Source: Terriglobales bacterium (lineage in GTDB: Bacteria > Acidobacteriota > Terriglobia > Terriglobales > Acidobacteriaceae). Taken from it: a stretch of DNA of 48,532 nt. Each line of letters begins with the position of its first letter. The first letter of the stretch is position 1. The notes under the pieces are model-generated. The model had not been told where the DNA came from. It did no database searches and was given only the letters and a program-made list of their open reading frames with translations. Shown here one piece after another: positions 18,866-28,212 of the stretch. The translations under genes were made by a program, and so were the position numbers. The stretch is from contig DATLCI010000150.1 of NCBI GenBank assembly GCA_035526435.1, positions 1 through 48,532 on the forward strand. Reading direction: 5' to 3'.

Positions 18866-20106
18866 GCCAGCATCTTACGGATCATGTCCAAGGCCTGTTG
18901 CGCAGCGAAGTGACGCACGCGATCGCGGTCGCCGGGAAATTTTCGCTCCAGCACTTCGTTCTGTTTGCCATCGGTCACCGCGATGTAAACCAGACCTACG
19001 GGTTTTTCCGGCGTGCCGCCGGTGGGTCCGGCGATGCCGGTGATGCCCACCCCGAGAGTGGCTTTGCAGCGCTTGCGGATGCCGTCGGCCATAGCGACGG
19101 CGACTTCCCGACTCACAGCGCCGTGCTCAGCGATCAACAAGGGGGACACGTCCGCAAAAGAGGTTTTCAGTTCGTTCGAATAGACAACGGCACCGCCCAA
19201 GAAATATCGCGAACTGCCAGGCATCGCGGTGATCCTTTGAGAAAGTAATCCTCCGGTGCAGGATTCCGCCACGGCGAGCGACTGGTCACGCATCTGCAGG
19301 TAGTAGCCCACAATCTGCTCCAATGACTCGCCCTTGGTAGAGAAGAGATGGTCGTCAAGCTCGTCCTCCAGCTCCTCCACCAGATCGTCGATCAGACTTT
19401 GCGCTTCTTCCATCGTCTCGCCGTGGGCCTTCAGATGGATCTGCACCTCGCCGGCGCCGGCCAGGATGGTGGTCTCCACCGCATTGTGCTCCTTATATAT
19501 AGGAGCGATCTGCGAATCGCATTGGGATTCTCCCATCATGGCTACCTTCAGCACGCGGGTGGCGATCACCTGCGGCGGCGCCTTTTCGCGCAACCGGTCA
19601 AAGCATTGCTCCATGAACAGCGCCTTGAGCTCGACCGGCGGCCCCGGCAGCAGCATCACGATCTTCTCTTTGCCCTCATACAAGCCTTCAATCCATTGAC
19701 CGGGGGCGGTGCCGTTCTTGTTCATCAAAGCGGCGGCGCCGGTAAGAACGTCTGCCTGTTTTAGATTTATCTCCGGCATCTTCAGACGACGCGAGGCATA
19801 CCACGCATAAAGCCCGGCGACGATGTCCGGATTTCGCCGCAAGGGCAGGCGCATGGCTTCGGCCACGGCTTCGCGGGTGAGGTCGTCTTCCGTGGGGCCA
19901 AGTCCGCCCATAAAGATCACGACGTCCACCCGGCTGAGCGCGATCCGCGCCGCCGAGACCAGATTGGTCTGGTTGTCGCCAACCACGGTTTTGAAAGCAA
20001 CCTCAATGCCGAGTTGATTCAGCTTTTCCGTGAGAAAAAGGGAATTAGTGTCCTGGCGGAAGGGGGTAAGCAGCTCGGAGCCAATGGCGATGATTTCCGC
20101 GTTCAT
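18862..20106 (-). CDS. cinA: CinA family protein (MoCF-binding domain plus NMN deamidase PncC domain)
   Basis: MNAEIIAIGSELL start, GGLGPTEDD, C-terminal ESCTGG motif. The ATG at 20106 is preferred over 20148 because it removes the overlap with the upstream gene. Confidence 0.85.
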   Translation of the reverse strand: MNAEIIAIGSELLTPFRQDTNSLFLTEKLNQLGIEVAFKTVVGDNQTNLVSAARIALSRVDVVIFMGGLGPTEDDLTREAVAEAMRLPLRRNPDIVAGLYAWYASRRLKMPEINLKQADVLTGAAALMNKNGTAPGQWIEGLYEGKEKIVMLLPGPPVELKALFMEQCFDRLREKAPPQVIATRVLKVAMMGESQCDSQIAPIYKEHNAVETTILAGAGEVQIHLKAHGETMEEAQSLIDDLVEELEDELDDHLFSTKGESLEQIVGYYLQMRDQSLAVAESCTGGLLSQRITAMPGSSRYFLGGAVVYSNELKTSFADVSPLLIAEHGAVSREVAVAMADGIRKRCKATLGVGITGIAGPTGGTPEKPVGLVYIAVTDGKQNEVLERKFPGDRDRVRHFAAQQALDMIRKMLA

Positions 20107-20122
20107 GAGGGCAGTCTTGAAA

Positions 20123-21178
20123 CTACCCGAACAGCGGCTTTCCTTCAATGCCCCAGGCCAGATAGTGGACGGCGGTGTTGGTAGCGATGATGGCGGCGCG
20201 GCCCGGCGCGAAACATAATCCCACGATGCCGTGTCCGGAAACGGACAACGCCGCTTGCCCGTCAGGGGAGATTTTCACGATGCCCCTGCGCCCTTTGAAG
20301 GAGGCGGCGACGTAAAGATTTCCCGCGTGATCGAAGGCCATGCCTTGCGGGCGCCCTAATCCGCGATAAAACTCGCTCACCACACCATGCGGATCGATGC
20401 GGTAAACCGCGTCGTAGCTCGAGGTGGTGGGGCCGGTGACGTAGAGGTCGCCGTTGGCCGCGAAGGCCAGATGGTACGCGCTCACGCTGGGCTCGAGCGT
20501 GGCAAAGACAAAGGTCTCGCGATTGCGATCGATCTTAAAGATGGTCCCACTGCGGTCGCCGACATAGAGATTTCCGTGGGGGTCGAAGGCGATCCCGGTC
20601 GCAATGCCCATGCCCTCGGCGTAGGAGGCCATGGTGCCATTGGCGGCGACGCGGTATACCGTGCCGTCATAACGGGAGCTCACGAACATGTTTCCATCAT
20701 GATCGAAGGCAATGCTGGTGGCATTCGTCATGTCACTCAGGCAGGGCTTTACGTTGTAGTCGGTATCAACCTTGAAAATGGAGACGGGAGCCTTCTGGCC
20801 GCGAGCCCCGGAAAAAGTGGCAAAGATATTGCCACCGGCATCGAGGGCCGGATTAGCCACATTGTGCAGGCCATCAGCGACCGGCACTCCGATGCGAACC
20901 TCGTGCTCATTGCTGGAAGAGCCATTGGTATGGATGACTACGGGGCCGGAGGTGGCTTCGTCCGGGACCCGGGCGATGATGAATCCGTCCGAGCTGATCA
21001 CGACCGCGCCGGGCGTCTCTCCGAACCTCACTTCCGGCAGGACGGGCTTATGCGGAGCCAACGACGATCCGATGATCCTTATTTCGCCGCCGTGCAAGGC
21101 GGCGGCCGGTTCTACCGCGTCAATATGCGGTTTTCCGTTCACGTTCTTCTTCCCGAGGATGCGGTCAGAAAGACTCAT
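20123..21178 (-). CDS. IPT/TIG domain plus six-bladed NHL-repeat beta-propeller protein
   Basis: N-terminal Ig-like segment (IDAVEPAAALHGGEIRIIGSSL...ARVPDEATSGPVVIHT). Repeated NHL-like blades follow: ALDAGGNIFATF, IAFDHDGNMFVSS, GIAFDPHGNLYVGD, LAFAANGDLYVTG, GMAFDHAGNLYVA. No signal peptide is evident. Confidence 0.65.
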   Translation of the reverse strand: MSLSDRILGKKNVNGKPHIDAVEPAAALHGGEIRIIGSSLAPHKPVLPEVRFGETPGAVVISSDGFIIARVPDEATSGPVVIHTNGSSSNEHEVRIGVPVADGLHNVANPALDAGGNIFATFSGARGQKAPVSIFKVDTDYNVKPCLSDMTNATSIAFDHDGNMFVSSRYDGTVYRVAANGTMASYAEGMGIATGIAFDPHGNLYVGDRSGTIFKIDRNRETFVFATLEPSVSAYHLAFAANGDLYVTGPTTSSYDAVYRIDPHGVVSEFYRGLGRPQGMAFDHAGNLYVAASFKGRRGIVKISPDGQAALSVSGHGIVGLCFAPGRAAIIATNTAVHYLAWGIEGKPLFG

Positions 21179-21184
21179 GGGGTC

Positions 21185-21682
21185 CTAGAACAGCTTCAAC
21201 CATAACAGCAGGTGAACGATGGCCAATGCGTAAAAACCGGCGGCGACGTCGTCCATCATGATGCCAAATCCGCCGGACAAAGCTTCCAGGTTGCGCACCG
21301 GCGGCGGCTTCAAGATGTCGAAAGCTCTAAAAAGTATAAGACTCGCTAGAGCATATTTCCAATTGAGCGGGACTGCGACCAGCGCGATAAGTTGTCCGGC
21401 GACTTCATCGATGACAACTTCGGACGGGTCCTTCTTGCCGAGCTCCCGTGCCATGACGTCAGCGGCGTAGATGCCGAGGAGTGTCGCGAGGAGTGCTGCG
21501 AGAATCGTGCCATACACGAGAGACGATGAGGTGGTTGCGCTACCCGCAAGCCACCAGAAAGCTAAAGTGGCGACGGAGGCGACGGTGCCGCCGCCCTTGC
21601 CGATCAGCCCTATGCCCATGAACGAAGCGGTAGCCCACGCCCACGGGGTTCGCTTCGCTGGTTGCGTGGACGGAGCGTGCAT
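21185..21682 (-). CDS. pgpA: Phosphatidylglycerophosphatase A
   Basis: VIDEVAGQ motif and ILKPPP region, small multi-TM protein. Confidence 0.8.
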   Translation of the reverse strand: MHAPSTQPAKRTPWAWATASFMGIGLIGKGGGTVASVATLAFWWLAGSATTSSSLVYGTILAALLATLLGIYAADVMARELGKKDPSEVVIDEVAGQLIALVAVPLNWKYALASLILFRAFDILKPPPVRNLEALSGGFGIMMDDVAAGFYALAIVHLLLWLKLF

Positions 21683-21897
21683 CAGTTGGGCTTGCGCTCA
21701 GGGTCCTCAACCTCGGCGATGCGCTCCAGCACATCGGGGTCGAGGATCGGCGATGAGATGCGATAGGCGCCACTCGCCCATTTGCCCAGATCGATCGTCC
21801 GGCAACGCTCCGAGCAAAAAGGGAAGTCAGGGTCTTTCGCTAAAACCACCGTCTTACAGGTGGGGCAGCGCAGTGATTTGATCTTCTTCTTCGCCAT
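21682..21897 (-). CDS. yacG: DNA gyrase inhibitor YacG (zinc-finger protein)
   Basis: CPTC-x13-FCSERCRTIDLGKW zinc ribbon. Its stop shares 1 nt with the pgpA start. Confidence 0.8.
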   Translation of the reverse strand: MAKKKIKSLRCPTCKTVVLAKDPDFPFCSERCRTIDLGKWASGAYRISSPILDPDVLERIAEVEDPERKPN

Positions 21898-21900
21898 GTT

Positions 21901-23481
21901 CTAAACCAGGCGCGCCACCAAGTCGTGGTCGTGCGCCTCCGTGATCTCGCACCGGACCAACTGGCCGGGTTCAAGCTTTTCATGCGGTCCAAAATCGTTG
22001 ATGTATACCTTGCCATCGATCTCAGGTGCATGCATCTCGGTGCGGCCCTCCCAGAGCAAATCCGTCTCGTCGGAAGCGCCGGTCACCAGCAGGTCGAACT
22101 CGCGTCCGACGAATGCCGACTTCTTCTGCTTGCTGATGCGCTGCTGGATCTGCATGAGCTTCTTGCGCCGGCGCTCGATCTCGCGGGGTGACACTTTCTC
22201 ATCCAGATGGTGGGCCTTGGAACCATCTTCATCGGAATAGCTGAATACCCCCAGCCAATCAAACTTGGCTTGACGGACGAACTGACAGAGGGCTTCGAAG
22301 TCTTCCGCCGTCTCGCCGGGGAATCCCACGATGAACGAGGTACGCAGCGTCAGGTTCGGGATGGTCGCACGCATCGTGGCGATCGACTTCAGAAAGATGT
22401 CTCCGCTGGCGCCGCGCTTCATGCGCTTCAGTACGTCAGGCGCCGCGTGCTGCAGCGGGACGTCAATGTAAGAGCAGACCTTCGGATTCGCAGCGATGGT
22501 CTCCAGCAGCTTGCCCGTGATCTTGTTCGGATAAGCGTAGAGGAACCGCACCCACTGTACTTCGGGGATCTGCGCAAGGCGTTCCAGCAGCAGCGCCAGG
22601 CCGTCTTTCAGGCCAAGATCTTCCCCGTAGCAGGTGGTGTCCTGACCGATGAGCACCAGTTCGCGTACTCCCGCGGCAACTAGTTTTTCTGCCTCCGCCA
22701 CTACTGACTCGAATCTGCGTGAACGGAACTTTCCGCGCAACTGCGGAATGATACAAAAGCTGCAAGGATGGTCGCAGCCTTCGGCGATCTTTAGGTAAGC
22801 TGAGTATTTTCCCGTCGCCAGTACGCGCGGGGTGTGCTCACTCATCAAGTAGTTGGGCAGGTCGGCGATGGCGCCGTCCCATTCCTGCCGGGAGAATCGG
22901 CCGGCTGACTCGCGCGCATCGCCTTCAGAGCGCGAAGTCATCACCGGCAAAGTTCCCGACGTAGCTTTATTCAGCGCCGAGGATCCCAGGATCACAAAGG
23001 GTGAATCGGCGGCTTGCTCCATCCGTGGCCGAGGAGTGATTCCGCTCGCCGTCAGGATGGCTTCGAGTTCGCCGGTCCCGACCACCGCATCCACTTCAGG
23101 GATATTGATCTGGATCTCATTGCGGTAACGCTCCACCAGACATCCGGCCACTACCAGCCGCTTTGCCTTGCCGCTGACCTTGTGCTGCGCCATCTCCAGG
23201 ATGGTGTTCACCGATTCCTGCTTGGCGCTGTCAATGAAGGAGCAAGTGTTGACCACGATGACGTCAGCATCTTCGGCAGATTGGGTCAGTTCTACGCCGG
23301 AATCCGCCAATAGGCCCATCATGACCTCGCTGTCCACCAGGTTCTTGGGGCAGCCAAGGCTGACAAAGCCTACCTTGGTCCGGGCAGAGGGCTGCGCCCC
23401 GGGGAGAGATGCCGCCGGTTGGGCTGCAGATAATGCAGAAGCCGCTGCTGGAGCGGCCTCGAGTGTATTCTGAACCGTCAT
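21901..23481 (-). CDS. rimO: Ribosomal protein S12 methylthiotransferase RimO (radical SAM, MTTase plus TRAM domains)
   Basis: FVSLGCPKN, VVNTCSF, radical-SAM cluster motif CDHPCSFC, C-terminal TRAM segment. N-terminal Ala-rich extension of about 35 aa. Confidence 0.85.
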   Translation of the reverse strand: MTVQNTLEAAPAAASALSAAQPAASLPGAQPSARTKVGFVSLGCPKNLVDSEVMMGLLADSGVELTQSAEDADVIVVNTCSFIDSAKQESVNTILEMAQHKVSGKAKRLVVAGCLVERYRNEIQINIPEVDAVVGTGELEAILTASGITPRPRMEQAADSPFVILGSSALNKATSGTLPVMTSRSEGDARESAGRFSRQEWDGAIADLPNYLMSEHTPRVLATGKYSAYLKIAEGCDHPCSFCIIPQLRGKFRSRRFESVVAEAEKLVAAGVRELVLIGQDTTCYGEDLGLKDGLALLLERLAQIPEVQWVRFLYAYPNKITGKLLETIAANPKVCSYIDVPLQHAAPDVLKRMKRGASGDIFLKSIATMRATIPNLTLRTSFIVGFPGETAEDFEALCQFVRQAKFDWLGVFSYSDEDGSKAHHLDEKVSPREIERRRKKLMQIQQRISKQKKSAFVGREFDLLVTGASDETDLLWEGRTEMHAPEIDGKVYINDFGPHEKLEPGQLVRCEITEAHDHDLVARLV

Positions 23482-23564
23482 CGGAAACCCTATTTTATCA
23501 TCCCCAGCGTAGGCTGATTAAGCCGCGCTGAATGCCAGGAAAGGCGCCATTTCGCCATTTCGCT

Positions 23565-23894
23565 ATGAAAACCATCCTGCTGCTCACCTGCTCGAACATC
23601 TTCATGACTTTCGCCTGGTACGGACACCTCCGCTTCCGAGAGGTCCCGCTGTCTACTGCCATCCTCGTCAGTTGGGGGATAGCCTTTTTTGAGTATTGCC
23701 TGATGGTGCCGGCGAACCGTTACGGGTACGGGGAGTTTTCAGCCGTCCAGCTAAAGACCATTCAAGAAGTGATCACCCTCGTGGTCTTTATTGCGTTTTC
23801 TGCGCTTTACTTGAAAGAGACGGTCCGTTGGAACCATCTATTGGGCTTTGCCTTAATCGCGGCGGCGGTGTGGGTGATCTTCAAAAAGTGGTAA
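23565..23894 (+). CDS. Small DMT-superfamily membrane protein (DUF486-like)
   Basis: MKTILLLTCSNIFMTFAWYGHLRF followed by four predicted TM helices. ATG at 23565 is preferred over 23532. Confidence 0.65.
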   Translation: MKTILLLTCSNIFMTFAWYGHLRFREVPLSTAILVSWGIAFFEYCLMVPANRYGYGEFSAVQLKTIQEVITLVVFIAFSALYLKETVRWNHLLGFALIAAAVWVIFKKW

Positions 23895-23897
23895 GTC

Positions 23898-26138
23898 TTA
23901 TTTGCTTAAAAGCTCTTCTACCTCGTCATACAAGACCGGGAGCTTCGCCGCATCGGCGGCAGAACCGCCGAAGCGGGCGCTCTCATAATGCCCGGTGAAA
24001 TCGGCAACTCTAAGTTGTATCTCGGGGTTACTGATAGTCGCGACAAATTCTGCTGGCGTTTGCGAGGGCGCCTTGGCCATCCCTTTTTTGCCCAGCAATC
24101 GAATGACACGTTGGTACCAGATGCTGGCGGCCATGCGCGGAGCGTTTTCAGGTTTAGCAGCTAATCGTCGCTCGCGCCAGATGCGGATGAAGCGGCGCAG
24201 ATTCAACAGCAGCAGCATTCCCAGCAACATGGCAACTATTCTTATCCCGAGTTGTCTCGGCTGTGCTGTCGCGGAGATCTCCGTGCGTTTCAAGCGCTTC
24301 AGTAATTCCTCGTACCGCTCGCGCAGGTAGATGCGAGAGCTGTCGAACAATTGCCGGGCTGAACTTATGGTCGAAGTGCTGAGCGTGTTCTGGTGGGAGA
24401 AGTCGTAGTTGATCACCCACTCGCTCCAGAACTCCCGCATCGCGTCCACGTAAAGCAGCATGCGTGAGTAAACCGTCGCTCCCGGCTCCGGGCCGGCGGC
24501 GGGCGTGGGATCGAATGTGGCCCAGCCGAAGCCGGGAATATACGCCTCCACCCAGGAATGGGCATTGCGGGCGCGCACCACGTAGCTGCCCGTGATGTCG
24601 TTCAACTCCCCATTGCGGAAGCCATTCACGATGCGCGATGGTATGCCAAGCGTCCGCAGCATCACCGCCATCGATGACGCGAAGTATTCGCAGTGTCCCT
24701 GTTTGCGGGTGAAGAGGAAATAAGCCAAAGGGTCTGAGCCTTCAGCCGTGTACATCTGCAAGCTGTATTGAAAAGTATTTTGCAGAAACGATTCCAATGC
24801 TGCAGCTTTCGCCAGCGGAGAGGTTTGATTACGGGTGACCTCTTCGGCCAGCTTCGCGATGCGGCCATCCATGGGCGGCAAAGCCAGGTATTGCGCGAAG
24901 CCGTCAGGCATTTTCTCCGGCAAAGGCTCGACTAGGGACGGATCGGGGGTGCGCAGCTCAGACCGTCCGGCATAGATGCGGATCTGACGTGAGGGGTCCT
25001 GCGAGACGATGCCGCCATTCCGCTCCACACCGTACAGCCGAATGTCCGACGACAAATGCACCGGGGTCTGGATCAGGAAGAAGTAGCTGGTGCCCAGAGG
25101 CTGCAGCATCACGCGATAGTCGATCGAGCGCGCATTGGCATCGCGCGGCCATTTTTCGAGGCCAGTCAGATAAGTATGCAGTCCGGTGAATTGGAAATTG
25201 ATGCTGGAGGTGCGTACGGGCAGGGTCCAAACCGAATTCATCCAACGTTTGCCGTCAAAATGATCGAGGGCGACGCCGCGAAATTTCAAATCCGCCGGGA
25301 CCACGGTCCGGGGCGGGAATTGCACATGCATCACTACGTCGTCCGATTGCTGGATCCGGCCGATCTCGCCGAGTTGAACGCTGTCGCCGAAACCTGAGGT
25401 GTAGGCGTTCCCGCTGGCAAAACGGCTGAGGTAGCCGCTGGAGACTCTCGGCAAAACGAAGAAGACCGCCACCGCCCCCAGCACGATGGTGATCACCAGG
25501 ATTACAGCAGACCCCGACAAGGAGCGCGCTAATCGCTGGGTCGGCGTGAGGCCGGTGGTGGCCATATGAGTGCCGAGCGCTCGAGTCATCGTTGCCTGGT
25601 CCGCCCCGGCGGGTTTTTCCATCTCACGATAAGACCGCCGCATTTCCATGGTGACGAATGTGGTGACGGTAAGCAGCAAGAACAAACTGAAGGCGACGAA
25701 GAAAAAACTATCCACCGTCAGTACGGCTGACGCCAGGATCATGAGGAAGGCGATCACCGCGAGATAGACATCGTCGCGCTGGCGCTCCATGGAGAACATC
25801 TTGACCACCATGATGAAGAGGACCAGATGGACGGTGGCCGAGATGAAATTCCCGGAGAGCAGCAGAAGGTCGGCGACGTAAAAAAACACGTACGCAATCG
25901 TCAGACGGGTGGTGGTTTTCACCGAGAGGGTGAGTTTCCGGCCTGTAGCCAGGTGATAGGCGCGGAGTCCGAGAGCGGCAAAGACGCCGATCATGGCGAC
26001 GGGATCCAGCTTGCCCGTGCCGGCAAGGGTCACAAATCCGGTGACCAGCATGGCGAACAGCGAGTAATCGTAGTAGCGCTCGACTCCCGCGCGGAGTGCA
26101 TCCGGATGGTTGTGGCGGATTGGCGTGGCGCTGCCCAT
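23898..26138 (-). CDS. Transglutaminase-like membrane protein (TgpA-like: DUF3488 N-terminal TM region plus transglutaminase core)
   Basis: Multi-TM N-terminus. Transglutaminase Cys motif QGHCEYFASSMAVMLRTLGIPSRIVNGF with downstream HSWVE and D residues. ATG at 26138 is preferred over 26231. Confidence 0.8.
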   Translation of the reverse strand: MGSATPIRHNHPDALRAGVERYYDYSLFAMLVTGFVTLAGTGKLDPVAMIGVFAALGLRAYHLATGRKLTLSVKTTTRLTIAYVFFYVADLLLLSGNFISATVHLVLFIMVVKMFSMERQRDDVYLAVIAFLMILASAVLTVDSFFFVAFSLFLLLTVTTFVTMEMRRSYREMEKPAGADQATMTRALGTHMATTGLTPTQRLARSLSGSAVILVITIVLGAVAVFFVLPRVSSGYLSRFASGNAYTSGFGDSVQLGEIGRIQQSDDVVMHVQFPPRTVVPADLKFRGVALDHFDGKRWMNSVWTLPVRTSSINFQFTGLHTYLTGLEKWPRDANARSIDYRVMLQPLGTSYFFLIQTPVHLSSDIRLYGVERNGGIVSQDPSRQIRIYAGRSELRTPDPSLVEPLPEKMPDGFAQYLALPPMDGRIAKLAEEVTRNQTSPLAKAAALESFLQNTFQYSLQMYTAEGSDPLAYFLFTRKQGHCEYFASSMAVMLRTLGIPSRIVNGFRNGELNDITGSYVVRARNAHSWVEAYIPGFGWATFDPTPAAGPEPGATVYSRMLLYVDAMREFWSEWVINYDFSHQNTLSTSTISSARQLFDSSRIYLRERYEELLKRLKRTEISATAQPRQLGIRIVAMLLGMLLLLNLRRFIRIWRERRLAAKPENAPRMAASIWYQRVIRLLGKKGMAKAPSQTPAEFVATISNPEIQLRVADFTGHYESARFGGSAADAAKLPVLYDEVEELLSK

Positions 26139-26198
26139 GCTTTCCCCACATTGTAGCCGCAGCTTTGCCCGGCCTGTCTGCTGCGATGTTATTATCAA

Positions 26199-26297
26199 AG
26201 TGCCGGGTCCCACGCGACGCAATCCCGCCAATCCCGCCAGGTCCGGAAGGAAGCAACGGTAACGGGCCAGTGCGTGCGCAGTGGGCTCCCCGGTACT
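26199..26297 (+). ncRNA. ffs: Signal recognition particle RNA (small bacterial 4.5S type)
   Basis: CAGGTCCGGAAGGAAGCA at 26238-26255 is identical over 18 nt to the domain IV GGAA-tetraloop region of E. coli 4.5S RNA as I recall it. The flanks form a long imperfect hairpin: GUGCCGGG(26200-07) pairs with CCCGGUAC(26289-96), CCCAC with GUGGG, CCCG with CGGG. A TATTAT -10-like hexamer lies at 26190-95. The ends are approximate. Confidence 0.8.
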
Positions 26298-26351
26298 AAC
26301 CGCTCACGTCGCAATGTTTACCTTTCACCCCAAAAATACGGAGACACTGCG

Positions 26352-27356
26352 TTGAAATCGCTGACCGCGGCTAAAGTCACCGCGCTTGGGACCTATGTGC
26401 CCCCCCGCCTGCTTACCAATGAAGCCCTGGAAAAAATGGTGGACACCACCAGTACCTGGATCATGGAACGGACCGGGATCAAGCAGCGTCACTTGGCCGA
26501 CGACGGAGTCGCGACCTCCGACCTGGCGGTAGAAGCGGTACGCCCCATCCTGGAGAAACGCGGGCTCGTACCTAGCGATATTGACGCCATCATTCTCGGC
26601 ACCGTCACGCCGGACATGCTCTTTCCTTCCACTGCCTGCCTGGTGCAGGACAAACTCGGATGTAAAGGTGCGTGGGGGTTTGACGTTTCGGCCGCGTGCT
26701 CAGGTTTTCTTTACGCGCTGCAGACCGGCGTCCAATTCGTGCAGACCGGAGCCCATAAGAAGGTGCTGGTCATCGGCGCGGACAAGATGTCGTCCATCAT
26801 TAATTACGAGGACCGCGCCACCTGCGTGATCTTCGGCGACGGCGCGGGTGCTGTCCTGATCGAACCCGCGGCGGAGGGTGACAGCAACGTCTTCATCGAC
26901 TTTCTCCATGAGATCGACGGCTCCGGCGCGTGCTCGCTTTACATGCCGGCGGGAGGCAGCAAGATGCCGCCTTCGCATGAGACGGTGGACAAGAAACTTC
27001 ATTATGTCCATCAGGATGGACAGGCCGTATTTAAATACGCCGTGCGCAAGATGGCAGACGTAGCGGAGAAACTTCTCCAACGCAACGGCCTCACGGGTAA
27101 GGATGTCGATGTCTTCATCCCTCATCAGGCCAACCGCCGCATCATCATTTCCGCCGCCGAACGCTTGGGTATGCCCGAAGAAAAAGTAGTCATCAATATC
27201 GGTGACTTTGGCAACACCACCGCCGGGACCATTCCTCTAGCCATGCAGACCGGGATTGAGCAAGGCAAGTTGAAAAAGGGAAGCCTGGTGCTGCTGGCTT
27301 CAGTGGGCGCGGGCTTCACCGTGGGCGCAACCCTATTGCGCTGGGGCGCGGACTAG
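26352..27356 (+). CDS. fabH: Beta-ketoacyl-ACP synthase III
   Basis: Catalytic triad context AACSGF (Cys), IPHQAN (His), GNTTAGTIP (Asn). TTG start at 26352 with GGAGA 7 nt upstream. The track start at 26274 would run through the SRP RNA gene. Confidence 0.85.
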   Translation: MKSLTAAKVTALGTYVPPRLLTNEALEKMVDTTSTWIMERTGIKQRHLADDGVATSDLAVEAVRPILEKRGLVPSDIDAIILGTVTPDMLFPSTACLVQDKLGCKGAWGFDVSAACSGFLYALQTGVQFVQTGAHKKVLVIGADKMSSIINYEDRATCVIFGDGAGAVLIEPAAEGDSNVFIDFLHEIDGSGACSLYMPAGGSKMPPSHETVDKKLHYVHQDGQAVFKYAVRKMADVAEKLLQRNGLTGKDVDVFIPHQANRRIIISAAERLGMPEEKVVINIGDFGNTTAGTIPLAMQTGIEQGKLKKGSLVLLASVGAGFTVGATLLRWGAD

Positions 27357-28138
27357 ATCAGCCGGTACAAATTATAAGCAAGGGCCGCGCTGCTGGCCGT
27401 CCCTAGAAGGTTGACCGCTTCATTGTTCAAGTAGCCACGGTGCTCGAATGTTGCGCCGAGCACGCTATCCATCAGCATCCCCAAGGCGCCCGCCGCGGCG
27501 ACCATCACAGCCGATCGGAAATCAGTGAGGAGTAATCCCGCTGCCGCCACGCTCATAGCGGCGGCTATACCTGCCGCAGTTCCCAAGAGACTGATCCCGC
27601 CGTCCGTGCCCGGGTTGGTGGGGCGCATCGTCGTCACCAGGTAGGTTTGCTTTCCAAACGCTTCCCCGATCTCGCTCGAGACGGTGTCGGCTGCCGCTTC
27701 CGCTAAGGCGGCGATGCATAAGAAAATCCCTAAGGCCGGCGGGAGCACTACGATCGCCGCGGAAGCGATGAAAAGATTTGCCGCCACCTGGGCTGCGGAC
27801 CTTCCAACTCGTGGCTCGGCAACTCCCAGCCACTGCTTCCGACCTCGCCCGGCTTGCGTCGTCAACAGCGTCAGAACGAAGACGGTGAAGAGTACGGCGA
27901 ACATCCGCCGCCCGCCTCCGGCGTAAAGGATGAACGCGGCCATCCATCCAGTCATCGCTCCGCTGGTGCTCACCCCGCGCAGCAACCAGCCACAGATTGC
28001 GAAGATGAATGTCACTATGAGCGCCTCTGCCCAGCTTCCAGCAGCGCTTCGCCAAGCGAACAATGCCAGCAGGGTGAGCATCGCGGCAAGCGCGACCCAC
28101 TCCGTCGATTTGAGCCGGAAACTACGGTCTGAAGGCAT
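27353..28138 (-). CDS. DUF92/TMEM19-family integral membrane protein
   Basis: Polytopic membrane protein with a GTDGGISLLGT motif typical of DUF92, as I recall it. Confidence 0.55.
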   Translation of the reverse strand: MPSDRSFRLKSTEWVALAAMLTLLALFAWRSAAGSWAEALIVTFIFAICGWLLRGVSTSGAMTGWMAAFILYAGGGRRMFAVLFTVFVLTLLTTQAGRGRKQWLGVAEPRVGRSAAQVAANLFIASAAIVVLPPALGIFLCIAALAEAAADTVSSEIGEAFGKQTYLVTTMRPTNPGTDGGISLLGTAAGIAAAMSVAAAGLLLTDFRSAVMVAAAGALGMLMDSVLGATFEHRGYLNNEAVNLLGTASSAALAYNLYRLI

Positions 28139-28212
28139 GAATTTGAGTCAAGTCAACATTGCTTATGGCGCCTCGCATCCTACCAGACTGCCTTCACTTG
28201 CTTGGAGCGACT

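Noticed and set aside
25708-26351. Track ORFs 25708-26256 (minus), 26096-26299 (plus) and the 26274 start of the fabH ORF.
   Set aside because: They overlap the SRP RNA gene or the tgpA N-terminus. fabH has a TTG start with an SD at 26352 that yields a normal FabH N-terminus.
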